Shown piece by piece: positions 12,981-26,529 of a stretch of 64,000 nt of DNA; within the stretch, counting starts at the first letter, position 1, and the number at the start of each line of letters is the position of its first letter. A program made the translations under genes and the position numbers. The notes under the pieces were generated by a model. The model was not told where the DNA came from. It ran no database searches and was given only the letters and a program-made list of their open reading frames with translations. Source of the stretch: Heptranchias perlo (Eukaryota); the NCBI RefSeq assembly GCF_035084215.1, contig NC_090325.1, positions 105,648,001 to 105,712,000 on the forward strand, given 5' to 3'.

Positions 12981-15049
12981 AGGAAAATGCTACACTATCA
13001 TGAAGTATTGGACCACAATCACTGTATTTATCTTAAAACCTTTTACAGCATAAATTATGAGGTAATGCATAGATGGAAAACCATCTTTCAGACAATTCTG
13101 TTGCCAAAGATTTAGTTGTATTTCGAGCGATGATACTACTTATGTGAAATTAATTTATTTCCAACATTTTTAAATCAATAAGAGACACAAGGAGAAATAG
13201 CAGCTCCTGGCATCCAGGCAGGCACTCAAGTAAAAGGGTAGCTTTTCATAGCCAATGCTCTGCTGAGCACTTTATGTTGCCCTGCTGCATCCCATTCTTA
13301 CTTTGCCGTTAAGGAGCAACAGCCAGACTTTCCCATGGTGCCAGCCTTTCACAACCCAATGTGTCCTTCATTTTATTCCCTGCTACAGGCTAATCTTGAA
13401 GCTATAACTTTCCTCTCTGTGTTTACTTTAGTCAGATAAGATAAGAACTCTGCAGCTCGCAGGATAGAAGTGATAATGCAAGTTTATACCTTTATAGTGG
13501 CCGAAATGCAGAACCTGCAAACTAGGTTCATTGAAGAGGTAGGAGCAATTTCCAAAAGATTTATATGTGTTTAAAGGCCTGTCAGCATTTGCAGAGGTTT
13601 TGTCCAGTCCCATTACATACCTCAGGGATTAGTACAACAAGCCTATGTTATATTCAATGTGCGATAGTACAACATACTGTACAAACACAAGGGCTGTAGA
13701 ACATGGATAAACTGAAGGTGCTGACACCAAATTCCAAAAGAAAATCAATCTATCTGAAAATATATTTTAGTTTGTAACAGCCCTCTATGAAACAGCTGCT
13801 GGTCCTTTGGTTCATGATTGTTATAAGCTTAAAGCATATGTCTCCAACTGACCAGGGATTTCCTTTTCTAAATCTAGCTGATCTGCCTGCTACAAGGCAC
13901 AATTTTTGAACCTTTTCTAATCTCTGACTCCTCAGCAGGCTTCGTAATGCTTTCAACCTATAGGCTGCAACCCATCAATTCTAAATTGAAGAATTACTAT
14001 TTTATATTTTAATTCTGCAAGCTCTTGCTGAAGATAACAAATGAAATGGAGGCCTGTTGCTTGCACTGCGGTACTTTCTCTACACAAATGTAGTCATTTC
14101 ATTATAAAACTCTCTCAGAAGCTAAACCCAGTCAATGCTTTGTACCCAGGAGCCTGTGTAAAAGCCATACTTAAAGACATAAACCTTACAATGACTTGCA
14201 GCAAGACATGAAGTCACTCTGGTGTGTGACTTAAACATAAAGCTGAAGGAAGTTGAAGAGAAATAAATCTTCAACATGAAACAGCTCAGGGATAGTAATT
14301 TTCTTCATCTGCTCTTTCCCTTCAGCAACATTAATGTACCAAACACTATGGACTACCAGCTTCAGAATTCAATGCCCTTCTGATAGACTGGTGTTTGTGA
14401 TTTAGTCCTGTACCACAGCTTTCACTACAGCTGTGACTTTTATTCAATATCTTCATTTCCAAGCCCCCCTTTCTCTGTCCGGCTTCAGTAACCATAACTC
14501 AGGAAAGCAGCTGACAGGGTTGTGCGATGACTTGTTTCAAACATGAAACGAAATCAATACACACTCTGTTTACTTCTAATGACTTTAGTCTAGGGATCTG
14601 CTCCTAACTCAGTCCCTCTTAAATCAAGAAATTATTCAGAGCCATCTGACCAAAGATGACAGAGTGAGCAACTGTGGCAGTGGAACCCAAGTCCAGTGAA
14701 ATTTATTGCCGTGGTTACTGAGGTATGATCACTGCATCTCAAAATGGTATAACACAAAAACTATTTCCCCACTGCACTGCGTCTGAACTGTGTAATCTGT
14801 CATCATGTCCCAGATGATGTGCTCAATATCTCACAGACGTTACTAACATTTTAATGGGTATTGAACATAATTTTTTAATATATATCTTGTACTACTTATT
14901 CTGTACATACTTTTGTTAAAAGAAAAAAAAACATTAAACATAAAAGAAGACAAACAATATTTCAAACGACCTAAGTTATCCATTAATGTAATTATGTAAG
15001 CAATCATCACCTTCACAGAAATGGCAATCCACCTTGCTAGATATTGTTT

Positions 15050-15740
15050 GGGTGGGTCTTTCCTAGTCAGGCAGACCTCTCCTCAACTCTCAGCTTCCAG
15101 TCTCAACCAGCTGACCACTCGTCAACCCTACGGGTGGGGGTCTCCATAGCTCAGTGTCAGGTGGACCTTTTCTTAGCTCTCAGCTGGGAGGATCTCTTTT
15201 CAGGTCCCTGCCTCAGGTTTCACTCAGGCTGACTTCTCACTCCACAGCCATGGGTCTCAGACATTTTTGGACAGTAAGGGAATCAAAGGATATGGGGATC
15301 GGGCGGGAAAGTAGAGTTGAGGTAGAAGATCAGCCATGATCTGATTGAATGGCGGAGCAGACTCGGGGGGCCATATGGCCTACTCCTGCTCCTATTTCTT
15401 ATGTTCTTATGTGGAGCGCAATAGCAGGGGGAGTCTACATCCAGGGAGAGATTTCCTCAGCTTTCAGCTTCAGGTCTCAGTTCTCACCTTGCTGAATGCT
15501 TCCTCAGGCCTTAGCCAGGTGGACCTCTCCTCAGCTCTTGGACTTAGGTCACAGCCCTATGTAACGCTCCTTGGCTCCAGTATCAAATAGAACCCTCCTC
15601 AGTTCTACAGCTTCAGGTCTAAACAGGCTGACTCCTCGGGTCACAGCCGGGTGAATCTCTCCTTAGCTCTACAGCCTCAGGTTTTAGCTCTGTCAATTTC
15701 TCGTCATTGCACAGCCAGATTGCTTAGTGGGTCTTCCTGT
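15050..15740. repeat. Degenerate minisatellite-like array (core CAGGTGGACCTCTCCTCAGCTCTCAGCTTCAGGTCTCAG) interrupted by a CR1 tail
   Basis: Recurrent variants of GACCTCTCCTCAGCTCT and AGCTTCAGGTCT on both sides of the CR1 piece. Confidence 0.6.
15258..15412 (+). mobile_element. CR1 LINE 3' tail
   Basis: AAGGGAATCAAAGGATATGGG...GGCCTACTCCTGCTCCTATTTCTTATGTTCTTATG; same family as 18507 and 20207. Confidence 0.88.
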
Positions 15741-16019
15741 CATAAGAAAGAACTGACACTCAGTCATTTACTCCATTAAAAAAATAACAGATAACAACTG
15801 AGCCGTAAAAACTTTACAGTGCACAGTGTGTAGAGGAAATAAACTAATTAAGTTAAATAAGTCAAACTCCTATAACTGATATCACCTCTTTCCTTATCAT
15901 TTATGCACTATTAATATTCAAAAGCAAAATAAATGCCTTGCCTTAGAGCAAAAACCACTGATGGAATTTTCCTTTTCCAGTTTGCTCCCTTCTTCTGAAG
16001 GTGGTGACTTATGCTGGAG

Positions 16020-16330
16020 TGATGAGGCGTTAAACCGAGGCCCCGTCTGCCCTCTCAGGTGGACGTAAAAATGCCATGACATTATTTGAAGAAGAGCAGA
16101 GGAATTCTCCCCGGTGTCCTGGCCAATATTTATCCCTCAACCAACATTACCAATTATTATCTGGTCATTATCACATTGTTGTTTGTGGGATCTTGCTATG
16201 CACAAGTTGGCTGCTACGGTTCCCACATTACAACAGTGACTACACTTCAAAAGTATATCATTGGCTGTAAAGTGCTTTCGGACGTCCTGAGGTCGTGAAA
16301 GGCGTTACATCAATTCAAGTTGTTCTTTCT
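16020..16330 (+). mobile_element. 5'-truncated DeuSINE inserted in a family B SINE remnant
   Basis: Deu core GATGAGGCGTTAAACCGAGGCCCCGTCTGCC... plus tail. Flanks (15965-16019, 16331-16370) resemble the family B 3' end on the minus strand. Confidence 0.85.
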
Positions 16331-17364
16331 GTTCCAGTTCCACAGGCACTAGTAATCTTCCGGTGCCCTGACGACTGACTGCATTTTTCAGATACAGACA
16401 TGACGCTATCGTTCTCCACCCCATGCTCCTGTCTAGTGAGGCTACATTTCCGAAGCCTAGCCTTGTTGAATTTGTCCTCATGTTTCACGCAGGCTGCTAA
16501 TGTAAGAACTGTATTTCATTTAACATCCTTGGAACAAGCTAGTGTGCAGTGAGCTAACACAGCTGAGGTTTTCATTCAGAATCAGTTCAACAAAAGACTG
16601 ACCACTATAAAGATCTCCCATTGAAAAGAGAAATGAGCATAAACCACAGAATAAACAGATAAATTAAAGCTTGGTCTGTGAGGCAGACAGTTGATATTCC
16701 AGCTGCCACATTGTTACTTGTTGTGACCAGTATCATCAGACAGACAGACGAGGAGCTTTATTAAGGCTGTTGATAGAAGAATAGGGACACAATCTACACT
16801 GCAGGCAACTTCCCACAACACTGTTATCAACATATACCTCTGACCCTCTGAACTTCATGTCATCTCCTCAAAGCAGAACAATGGAAGAGAGCTGCAGGTG
16901 ACTGGGCCACGACCACATGTTGAAATGTAAAGGTATCAGAGATACTATTGCACACGGGCAGTGCTGACAGGAAATCCTAATCTGCTGTGTCGTGTCAGTG
17001 TTGACGATCTTCGAGGTGAAGAGGAGAAATTTAACTGGCTGTTTAACACTGTAATATGGGTCTCAAAACCTTAAAACTGGACAATGTTTGTTTTTATAGA
17101 AATTCCTCCCTGTGTTACATTTATCGCATGGCAAAGTCATGTCCCCACAATGACAATGGGATAAATGTATTGTATGAGGAATTTCTAGCCAATTGTGTCC
17201 GTATAGAGTAAAACCTAACGATTTTTTTAAGAACGGGAGGGAATCTTCAGATTTTTTTCTCTCTCACTGAGATTAAAACCAGAGCATTCCTTGTCAGCCA
17301 TGAAAGCAGTCTTTGCTAGTTCCAACTCTTAGGTACAGTATTACTACATTTTAATTGTCCAATT

Positions 17365-17660
17365 TTCTATCTTTTCCCTTATCTCTTGAAAGCAATGATT
17401 CAGGCTGAATGGAGTATAGTTCATGGGCACCAACAACCATTTTAGTGTCTCCAGTATCTTACCCAAGTGAACATTCATGTTTCAATCAAACTCTTGAGTG
17501 GTAGCAGCCTATTTGACCATTGCTGCTTCACCACCATGCCCGATCCTGTCCTTAGCAAATTTGATTGCACTGAAATCAGCTCTTTCACTGCACAATACAT
17601 TTGAACGTGGGATCATCTTTGTCTCCTTGGATGAGCCCTATGTGTTTACCTACTGAACCA
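17365..17660 (-). mobile_element. SINE family B copy
   Basis: CCCAAGTGAACATTCATG...GCAGCCTATTTGACC...CCCGATCCTGTCCT is the reverse complement of family B motifs. Confidence 0.6.
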
Positions 17661-17818
17661 ACAAAAGAGTTCAAAGACAACATGATAACTTAAAGTAGGA
17701 GAGATGGGCGAGGGGGTGGAATGCCAGGTGGAAGACTGTGGCATTGTGGAACAATGTGCTAAGCCCTATTCTGCTTTGTAGATACACATTATTTTAATGG
17801 TGTTTCCATGTACTCAAA

Positions 17819-18262
17819 GGGACTGATTTTTCTGGCCTCTTTGCCTGGGTGACAGGCAGGTGCAGCATACCCAAAGTGCATTGCACCTCTCCAGGCCTCA
17901 GTAAACCATGAGAGACTTACAGCAGCAGCTGTGGCCATGGCTGTGTCAAAAAAGAGCAGCCAGAAGGTCTCCAACTGAGCCCAGGCCAGATGTCCCTGAA
18001 AGGAAAAGGGATTAACCTGTCGGACTGCTGCCTGCCCCTTTTCAACTCTCCAATTGGAGATCAGCTGGGTGGAAAGCCTTAAGGCCTGCTTCTTCGTAAT
18101 TACCCTCCAAATGGCACTATTGACGGTGGAAGAGGCCCCAGAAGAATCAGGACTATATAAAGGAGGCAGAAACCCAGTGGCATGAATCGCCAGGCCACTT
18201 TTCAGTCAGCAGGGCCCAGGGAACAAACATTCCCTGGGTGCTAAAGACAGGAAAATCACCCC
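17819..18262. mobile_element. Degenerate Harbinger-type MITE
   Basis: GGGACTGATTTTTCTG / CAGGAAAATCACCCC imperfect TIRs; no clear TSD. Confidence 0.5.
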
Positions 18263-18506
18263 TGTAGTGGTCCATTTTGGAGTCAAGTTGCTTTGGAACT
18301 AAGTAAATAATTCCATTCTCAGGCATGCAATTAAATGGTGTTGACTGCAGTTCAGATTTTGCTAACTAGACACAACAGAGGCAGAAAGTTTAAAGCAAGA
18401 GATGGAGAAAGCAACTTTTTATTTCACCATGTAAAATGGTAATGAGTCATACAAATCATACTGGCAATAATTTAGGAATTTCCCCCTAGAAGGGGGAAAA
18501 TATAAC

Positions 18507-18975
18507 AACATAAGAAATAGGAGCAGGAGTAGGCCATACAGCCCCTCAAGCCTACTCCACATTCAATAAGATCATGGCTGATCTTCAAACTCAACTCCAC
18601 TTTCCTCCCCGATCCCCATATTCCTTGATTCCCCTAGAGTCCAAAAATCTATCTATCTCAGCCTTGAATATGCTCAATGATTCAGCATCCACAGCCCTTT
18701 GGGGTAGAAAATTCCAAAGATTCACAACCCTGAGTGAAGAAATTCCTCCTCATCTCAGTCTTAAATGACCAATCCCTTATCCTGAGACTAAGCCCCCTCA
18801 TTCTTGACTCTCCAGCCAGGGGGAACAATCTCTCAGCTCCTACCCTGTCAAGCCAACTCAGAATCTTATATGTTTCAATGAGATCACCTCTCATCCTTCT
18901 AAACTCCACAGAATATTGGCCCATTCTTCTCAATCTCTCATCATATGACAACCCTCTCATCCCATGAATCAATTT
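18507..18975 (-). mobile_element. CR1 LINE 3' fragment
   Basis: GMRGLSYDERLRRMG...RRMRGDLIETYKIL...EMRRNFFTQ; AACATAAGAAATAGGAGCAGGAGTAGGCC tail. Confidence 0.92.
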
Positions 18976-19603
18976 ATATGTTCCTAGATTCAGTTCACAA
19001 AGGGTTAATTCCTAGAGACCCTAGAGATCTAGAATATTGATTAGGACAATTTGTACCAGACAAAACAGCCATTAAAATAGTGTACTCATACATATCACGT
19101 TAGTTTTGAGACAACGGGGAGTCATTGAGCCCATTCCATAGCAGTTTGCACCTTTAGAGCTAGAATAAATTTCATTCAATATGCCTGGGGTGCCAGGATG
19201 GGAAAGGGGTCAGAGCGATTGAGGCTAAACAGACAACACTCCCACATCAAGAAAGGAGGTGCCTTATTCAATGCGGTAACACTGACTGGTGGTTTGGCGA
19301 GCCAATCATCAACAAAAGGAGCTGAGGGAGGAGTCAGGCCCTGAAACAGTGAGAGATACAGAGAGGTCTCCCTTTATTAGTCAGTTAGAGAGAGGCTGTG
19401 AGTTTCCAGGCTGAACCATAAACACATCTGGCCTGTGAGAGAAAAGGTTTGTTCCAGCTAGTTCAAGGACTGCTAATTTCTGAGTGAGTTCAGCCACAAC
19501 AGAGGGGCTGGCCTAAGTATTTTGTTATGCGACGAGGAACAGTAGGAAGTTGATAGTTTTCATTGTGAGATTCAGTGTTCCGTTTATTCGTGTATTTCAT
19601 GTA

Positions 19604-19897
19604 AAGAAGAAAGAACTTGCATTTATATAGCGCCTTTCATGACCTTAGGGCGTCCCAAAGTGCTTTACAGCTGATTATGTACTTTTGAAGTGTAGGCATT
19701 GTTGTAATGTAGGGAACGCAGCAGTCAATTTGCACACAACAAGGTCCCACAAGCAGCAGTGAGATAAATGAAGGAAAAATATTGTTTGAAGGATAAATAT
19801 TGGTCAGGACACCGGGGATAACTCCCCTGTTCTTCTTCGGAATAGTGCCATGGGATCTTTTACGCCCAACTGAGAGGGAAGACGTCACATCCGAAAG
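19604..19897 (-). mobile_element. 5'-truncated DeuSINE
   Basis: Tail AAAGAACTTGCATTTATATAGCGCC and Deu core on the reverse strand. Confidence 0.85.
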
Positions 19898-20206
19898 GCA
19901 GATATAAAACCAGTTTGTTGGATAACATTGCCCTTGTATCACTAGAGTGTTTTTCAATCTACTTTCCAGAAAGCTAGACCATGCAAGTGGTGGCACATGC
20001 AAGATTTCTGCATCCAGCATACTGTCATGATCTTAAGCAACAACAAGATGATAGCAAGCATGGTCAAATAGATAGGTTTTGAGGAGTTCTTTAAAGACAG
20101 AGAGAAGTAGGGAGGTATAGGGTTTTATGAAGAGAGTTCCAGAGATGGAGGCTCTAAATCAAGCTGTTTGCTCCCATCTTCCCACCTCCCTGTGAAAAAT
20201 GGTGCG

Positions 20207-20707
20207 AGAAACATAGAAAATAGGAGCAAGAGTAGGCCATTCGGCCCTTCGGGCCTGCTCCGCCATTCAAAATGATCATGGCTGATCATCTAACTCAGTA
20301 CCCTGTTCCCGCTTTTCCCCCATATCCCTTGATCCCCTTAGCATTAAGAAATATATCTATCTCCTTGAATACATCTAATGACTTGGCCTCCACTGCCTTC
20401 TGTGGTAGAGAATTCCACAGGTTCACCACCCTCTGAGTGAAGAAATTTCTCCTCATCTCGGTTCTAAATGGCATACCCCGTATCCTAAGACTGTGACCCC
20501 TGGTTATGGACTCCACAGCCATTGGGAAGATCCTCCCTGCATCTAGTCTGTCTAGTCCTGTTAGAATTTTATATGTTTCGATGAGATCACCTCTCATTCT
20601 TCTAAACTCTAGTGAATATAGGCCTAGTCGACCCAATCTCTCCTCATACGTCAGTCCTGCCATCCCAGGAATCAGTCTGGTAAACCTTCATTGCACTCCC
20701 TCCATGG
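20207..20707 (-). mobile_element. CR1 LINE 3' fragment (young, open frame)
   Basis: ORF 20295-20663 MAGLTYEERLGRLGLYSLEFRRMRGDLIETYKIL...TRGHSLRIRG...FFTQRVVNLWNSLP. Confidence 0.94.
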
Positions 20708-20720
20708 GCGGAGAAGTATA

Positions 20721-21045
20721 GGGGGTAAAATTGGATCTTGCTGTGTCCGTTTTCTGCGTACTAGTCGGCCGCCTAAAACAGAAGTTAAGCCCCGTGAATA
20801 TGCTAATAAGGCCCTTGTTTGTTTGCTATTCCTGGCTTCTTCGCATTATTGCGGGTCATTCCCATTCTGCTCCCCTCCCCCAAGGAATTACCTTGGAGCC
20901 ACTGCCAGTAGGCGGACGGCCTGAAATTGGAGGGGACCAGAGCGGCGAAGTATTAAAATGAGATCGGAGGACCAATTTCTGGCGCATGCAGTGTCTGCAC
21001 CACCTGGTTTGCATCTAAAAATGGGCGTGAACCAATTTATCCCCC
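20721..21045. mobile_element. Harbinger-type MITE
   Basis: TIRs GGGGGTAAAATTGG / CCAATTTATCCCCC closely match the TIRs of 40694-44670; near-TSD ATA/ATT. Confidence 0.8.
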
Positions 21046-21365
21046 ATTAGCTCTTCCTCAGAAGCTGCAGTTATGATGCTGTAATTTAGGGTTTGCGTAT
21101 TTGTCCACAGATCCTCCACGCACTAAATTAACAATGGCACAATGCCATACATTAAGGCATTCTTGCCCCCCACTTTACAAAGGACTACCAGGCTCTCGAA
21201 TTCATATTCAGCAACAAGGGCAGCTGATTAATAATACATATCATCAATTGCTTCTTATTACTTCTCCAGGCCATTCTTAATGCAGCTCTATGTGCATCAA
21301 CAGGGGCTGCTTTGTAAAATGGGATATCTGCTCTGCTAACCTTCCCCTCTCCTTCCCCAACCCAC

Positions 21366-21412
21366 CTGAGGAGCATCAATCTGCCACTAGAAGTTATTTA
21401 CTCTTGCAAAGC
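21366..21412 (-). other. Candidate 47-nt non-coding/UTR exon
   Basis: Minus strand tttttttctctgttcttcgtcag|GCTTTG...CTCCTCAG|gtgggt; all three frames contain stops. Confidence 0.25.
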
Positions 21413-22390
21413 CTGACGAAGAACAGAGAAAAAAACTGCCAAAAGTTGGTAGTCAAGTTTGAATGGTGATCAAGGCAATGATTCAGATTCAAAAGTGACT
21501 CTCCACTGCAGGAGCTATCAGGAGCTGCAGTGCCCCTGACACTGAGGGAATTTAAAGTAAGATGTCAGTTTTAATCTATCTTTCTTAAATAATATACATG
21601 TTAGAAAGTATAATTACAATAATCCAGAATTCCTGGGACATTTGAGGGAAATTTCACCGCAAGTGTCAGTCAGTGATGTTTTTAGTGAGAATATGTACTG
21701 CAACCTGCTTTGGAGAACTCCTGCCTCCTGCTTCTCTCACTCTGACTCCGGTCTCTACAGCCACTGACACACACAAATGTTGTTTCTAATTATACCGCGT
21801 GTGGTCTCTCCACTCATTATCTGTAGTTATGTTAAGAGGAAACTGATGGACAGCAAAGGACTCTGGAACACACTGGATGTGAATGAGCTATTAGGAATAG
21901 TGTGAGTGTACAGATGAAAATTAGCAGCTTGAATGATATAAAATCATTGCTCTCTGATCAGCACACAACTGAAGCTAGGTTTGTCCAATCACACTTTGTT
22001 TTCAATAATACAAGAGTTATCAATTTTAAACATTTGAAAATAATGGATGCCATTTTGTTCTTGTAACAATGGTGCTAGCCTGCATTTCTGTCAAGTATAA
22101 TGCCACATATACACATCAGTGGGAAAAATGAAACTGATACAGATTATAGAAACCATTTCTATACTAGCACTTGCAGCATTTGAGAAAGGCAGAATAATTC
22201 AAACTGGTGTGGGACAATGTTACTTGGAGCTTGGCTTCACTGATATGACTATTGATTTAGAGGTGTCATCACTACAATGTGCCAAATTCTTATTTCCCCA
22301 CCTAAATAAGACACCTTTTTTTAAAATCAGGCAAGAAGCTTAAGTGTGACCAGATGTGACTTCTCTGTCCAATTCTCTGTTAACTGGACT

Positions 22391-22890
22391 ACAACAACAA
22401 CGTGAATTTATACAATGCCTTTAACGTAGTAAAACATCCCAAGGCGCTTCACAGAAGCGTTATCAGACAAAATTTGGCACCGAGCCACATAAGGAGATAT
22501 TCAGACAAGAGGTAGATTTTAAGGAGCGTCTTAAAGGAGGAGAGAGAGGTAGAGGGGTGGAGAGGTTAAGGGAGGGAAAGGTTTCAGCAGCAGATGGGCT
22601 GAGTTAGGGATGAAGACGGACGATGTTATGGAGGTGAAAGCAGGTAATCTTGGTGATGGGGCGGATATGAGACCGGAAGCTCATCTCAGAGTCAAATAAG
22701 ATACTGAGGTTGAGAACAGTCTGGTTCAGCCTCAGACAGTGGCCACGGAGAGGAATGGAATCGATGGCTAGGGAACTGAGTTTATCGCGGGGGCCAAAGA
22801 CAATTGCTTCAGCCTTCCCAATATTTAATAGGAGGAAATTTCTGCTCATCCAATACTGGATGTCAGACAAGAAGCGCGACAAATCAGAGA
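22391..22890 (-). mobile_element. L2 LINE 3' fragment
   Basis: LSDIQYWMSRNFLLLNIGKAEAIVFGP...LFDSEMSFRSHI matches the L2 RT C-terminus; (CAA)n tail. Confidence 0.9.
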
Positions 22891-23689
22891 TAGGACTACA
22901 GAAACTTCAGTTTCTGCTTATCTTTGTTGCCAGGTTCTAACTTCCACAGATTCCGTTAAATTACTTGACAAACACTACTTCAGAAATCAGAGCAGGTCCT
23001 ATTTCTGGTGAAATCCGCTCTCTCAGTGTACAGTTTAACTGCGTTTGCCCCTTCCTAATAATGTCTGAACTGGTTTTCAGTAGTTCCTTGGTGGTCTGAC
23101 TATACATTCTATTGAGGCCAACTGTAGTGTCATGTTGGCTTCTTTCTCCATACCATTTTCTGCCAAATAAATACTTAGAAACACCTAGAAATTTGAGAGG
23201 AAATTATGCCGTGACAGAATGTAGCATAAAAACGACTTAAATTCAGCAAAACATGCATCCATTTGTCATGCTAGAGGAAATGGTAACACTGCTATGCAAT
23301 CAGTTGAATCATAGTAAGGGGAGAGGCTACACTGAAGTCATTTTGCATAGGACTCTTGCAGCAGGCTGACAGAAGACTTTCATCATACCTCAATGAGCGA
23401 GATTTAAATCCACATCCCAGAAGTGAAAGTGTGCTGCTCCCTGTGCATGTCCTAGGAGTTACATTATTATTAAAACAATTTTGAAATTGTTTCTCTAACA
23501 TATATCACCAATGGAGAAAAGTCAGCTTTTCTTTGCATTCTAGTGAAAATGTAGACTGCTAGAACCGATGCAGCATCCAAGACAATAGCATTTACATGGT
23601 ACAGCCCTCCAGTCTCCACTGCTGAACCTCCCTGTTGCCCCCAACACAGTATAAAATAATACTTTGTATTCAGAACACAAGTTCTATCG

Positions 23690-24153
23690 TGCATGGAGAG
23701 GGACTGGTCAAACAATGTTCATCACTTCAGTTATGTGGAGAGGCTAGAGAAACTGGGGTTGTTCTCCTTAGAGCAGAAGGGAGATTTAATAGAGGTGTTC
23801 AAAATTAGGAAGGGTTTTGATAGAGTAAATAAGGAGAAACTGTTTCCACTGGCAAGAGGATCAGTAACCAGAGGACACAGATTTAAGATAATTGGCAAAA
23901 GAACCAGAGGGGAGATCAGGAGAAATTTTTTTTACGCAGCGAGTTATGATGATCTGGAATGCATTGCCTGAAAAGGTGGTGGAAGCAGATTCAATAGTAA
24001 CTTTCAAAAGGGAATTAGATATATACTTAAAAAGGAAAAAAGTGCAGGGCTATGGGGAAAGAGCAGGGGAGTGGATAGTTCTTTCAAATAGCTGGCACAG
24101 GCATAATGTGCCGAATGGCCTCCTTCTGTGCTGTAAGATTCAGTGTTTCTATG
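23690..24153 (+). mobile_element. CR1 LINE 3' fragment
   Basis: SYVERLEKLGLFSLEQ..GDLIEVFKI...TRGHRFK...WNALPEKVVEADSI. Confidence 0.92.
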
Positions 24154-24714
24154 AATGTACCTATGCCGATAAATGTAGTGAAGCTTCAACAAGAGCTACC
24201 TACCAAGACTACTATGAAATTGATTTTGCAACACGAAGCTCTTCTAAAGTTCAAAAGCAAATCCCTGGAATTCATTGAAGGCCAAGTCATCACTTTGCAA
24301 CAGTATTCAATCTGTGGATTGGATTTATTGTTTTTTTTCCCCATTTGCAGAATTGTAGGATTTGTTCCATCTAGTTTCACAGTAAATACCAGGGTATCAG
24401 CGCCAGTGACAAGCGCTGCTCAACAAGTACTTCAGAACTAATCCTCAGGAAACGTAGCCTGTTTGTGCAAAGCAAACACTCTGCAACCACAAACCACCAC
24501 CCATCATATTAGGGAGATTATTATTTTAAAAATTTTTAGAGTTAAGCCCTCCAAGTCCCATGACATATAATTTGAATTCGATTATCCTACAATTATATCT
24601 GGCAAATCCTGGTGAACGAACAAACATAATCTATAAGGGGTGGGGGGGGGGGAGGAATACTTGTAAACTTTTTTTAAAGTTAACGAAGATGCTGAGTTGC
24701 TGAGATGGAGAAAT

Positions 24715-25135
24715 TCCCCCCTCAATTTTCTCCCCTTACCTCCTTCCTCTTTGGAAGGCAGTGACTCACCCTGGGACATGGTTCAACAACCCTCAGGTAC
24801 CTTGAAGGGGTCACTCTTTATGTGTATGCCTCAACAATGTATGCTGGCAGACTATTTCATGTGAGGAGCATAATATCCAAGCCTGATCTTGCCTTCACCC
24901 CATATGCATACACATACATTTTTAGCAAGGGATACCAAGACAGCAATCAGGAACAGTGGCCTTCATTGATTATTTCTCTCCCTCCTTGGAGCATGAATAT
25001 TGCTGCCAACTGCTGGGCTCCATCATTGCCCCAACTAATTTTGGCTCACTCAACAAAATCAGAGATTGAACATGGGACCTCCAAGATGGAATGATTTAGG
25101 ACTACACCTGATGATGCATTTACCCCCATTGCACC
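24715..25135 (-). mobile_element. SINE family B copy (near full length)
   Basis: Reverse complement of the 47815-48195 and 51750-52080 sequence. Confidence 0.65.
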
Positions 25136-25865
25136 ATCAAGGGTGCTGAAATGCAATATGACTGTTTAACATGGGAGATTTGGGAGAGGGGTACTGTCAG
25201 ATGAACAATTCTGGTGCTGTGAAAACTATGTAGGGGAGGAGCAAGACAAACGTATACAGGGATTAGGACACAGCTGTTGTGCATGGATCTTAAGCTGCAT
25301 AGTTGCTAACTGTCACTTAGACAGTAAGCTCTTACAGCCCCCTTACACTGTTCACACAGGGGCCAGGAAACAGCTGAGCTGGGGATGGGTGAAGTCAGCA
25401 TCAGGCCTGGTCGGGTTTAACACAGCAGCTTCTCCACACTCTCACTCCCAACCTCGACTTCCTCAAACTGATGCAACAAAAAAAAAGCCCCACACAAAAA
25501 GCCAAAAACTGACATCCAGCCGCCCAGTACACATTGGTTCTGAATTGGTCTGTCTGCGTTTCTAGACTTGGTCCTATGTGCCACCTGTAGAAAAAACTTA
25601 GAGAATTGATCACTAATGGTGGCCTCAAAATCCACGATCCCAACATTACAGAAATCATTACATGCGCCATGCTGATTTGCCACAGTGTATCCTGGGAACA
25701 CTTTGCTGCTGTCATTTGTTGTAGGTTCAGCTGGAGAGAAAGTGGAGGACCCTATAATCCCCCAACCCAGGCCAGGAAACAGCGGTTTCTGCGGGGTAAA
25801 GGTAAGAGCAAAGTCTGCAGGGGAGAGATCCCACTGTTCACACATGATCCCTGAAGCCACATTCA

Positions 25866-26529
25866 GGGCTAGATTTTAACTTGAAGCCAACAAGAGAGCG
25901 GGGGAACGAGAACCCCGGAGTGAAGTTGGCGGGTCGGAATCTGCGATCGCAACTTAATTGAAGGCTAAAAATTTGACTTCCGGGTTTCACGCCTGGCAGG
26001 CAGCCAGATTGACAGGCTGGCTGCCTGTCGGGTGGGAAAGCAGCAGGGGAGAGATCGGAGTCTTCGGGGTCTGTACGGTGGAGGTCAGCGAGAGATCGGG
26101 ATCTTTGGGGGGTTGTATTGGGGGGGGGGCGGGGGCGAGAAGTCAGCCTTCGTTGGGGAGATGAGAATTTGGAGATCGTTGGGAAGGAGAGTAGTCGGTC
26201 ATCGGGGGTGGGGGGGGCGGTGTCGGCCGATCCCGGGGGTCCAATCAGGCAGGTAGGCTTGTTGGGCCTGGAGGAAACACTCCTGCTCCTCCTGGCCCAC
26301 AAGTAGTGCAATAAAGGCACTTACCTGATGATCCAGCCCTTCCCACCTCGTCTTCACTGGCGAGATTCAGGAGCCCGGGAAACCTGCGCCGGAGGTGTTA
26401 AATTTAAAAGTCAGTAAAATTCAATTTAAAAAGACCTAATTAACGGGTTGCGGTTGTGCTGGAAAAGTCTATTATTTTATCTTCCCAATCACCCCAACCC
26501 ACCTGTTCTTGGGGTTTATAATTCCCTCC
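25866..26529. mobile_element. Harbinger-type MITE, same family as 701-1394
   Basis: GGGCTAGATTTTAAC / TTTATAATTCCCTCC ends, TSD TCA (25863-25865, 26530-26532), shared internal blocks. Confidence 0.85.

Noticed and set aside
15050-15740. CRISPR-like repeat array
   Set aside because: No fixed repeat/unique spacer structure, no cas genes, vertebrate context.
19051-19600. Possible solo LTR
   Set aside because: LTR-like composition, but no TG...CA pair with TSD, PBS or PPT could be identified.
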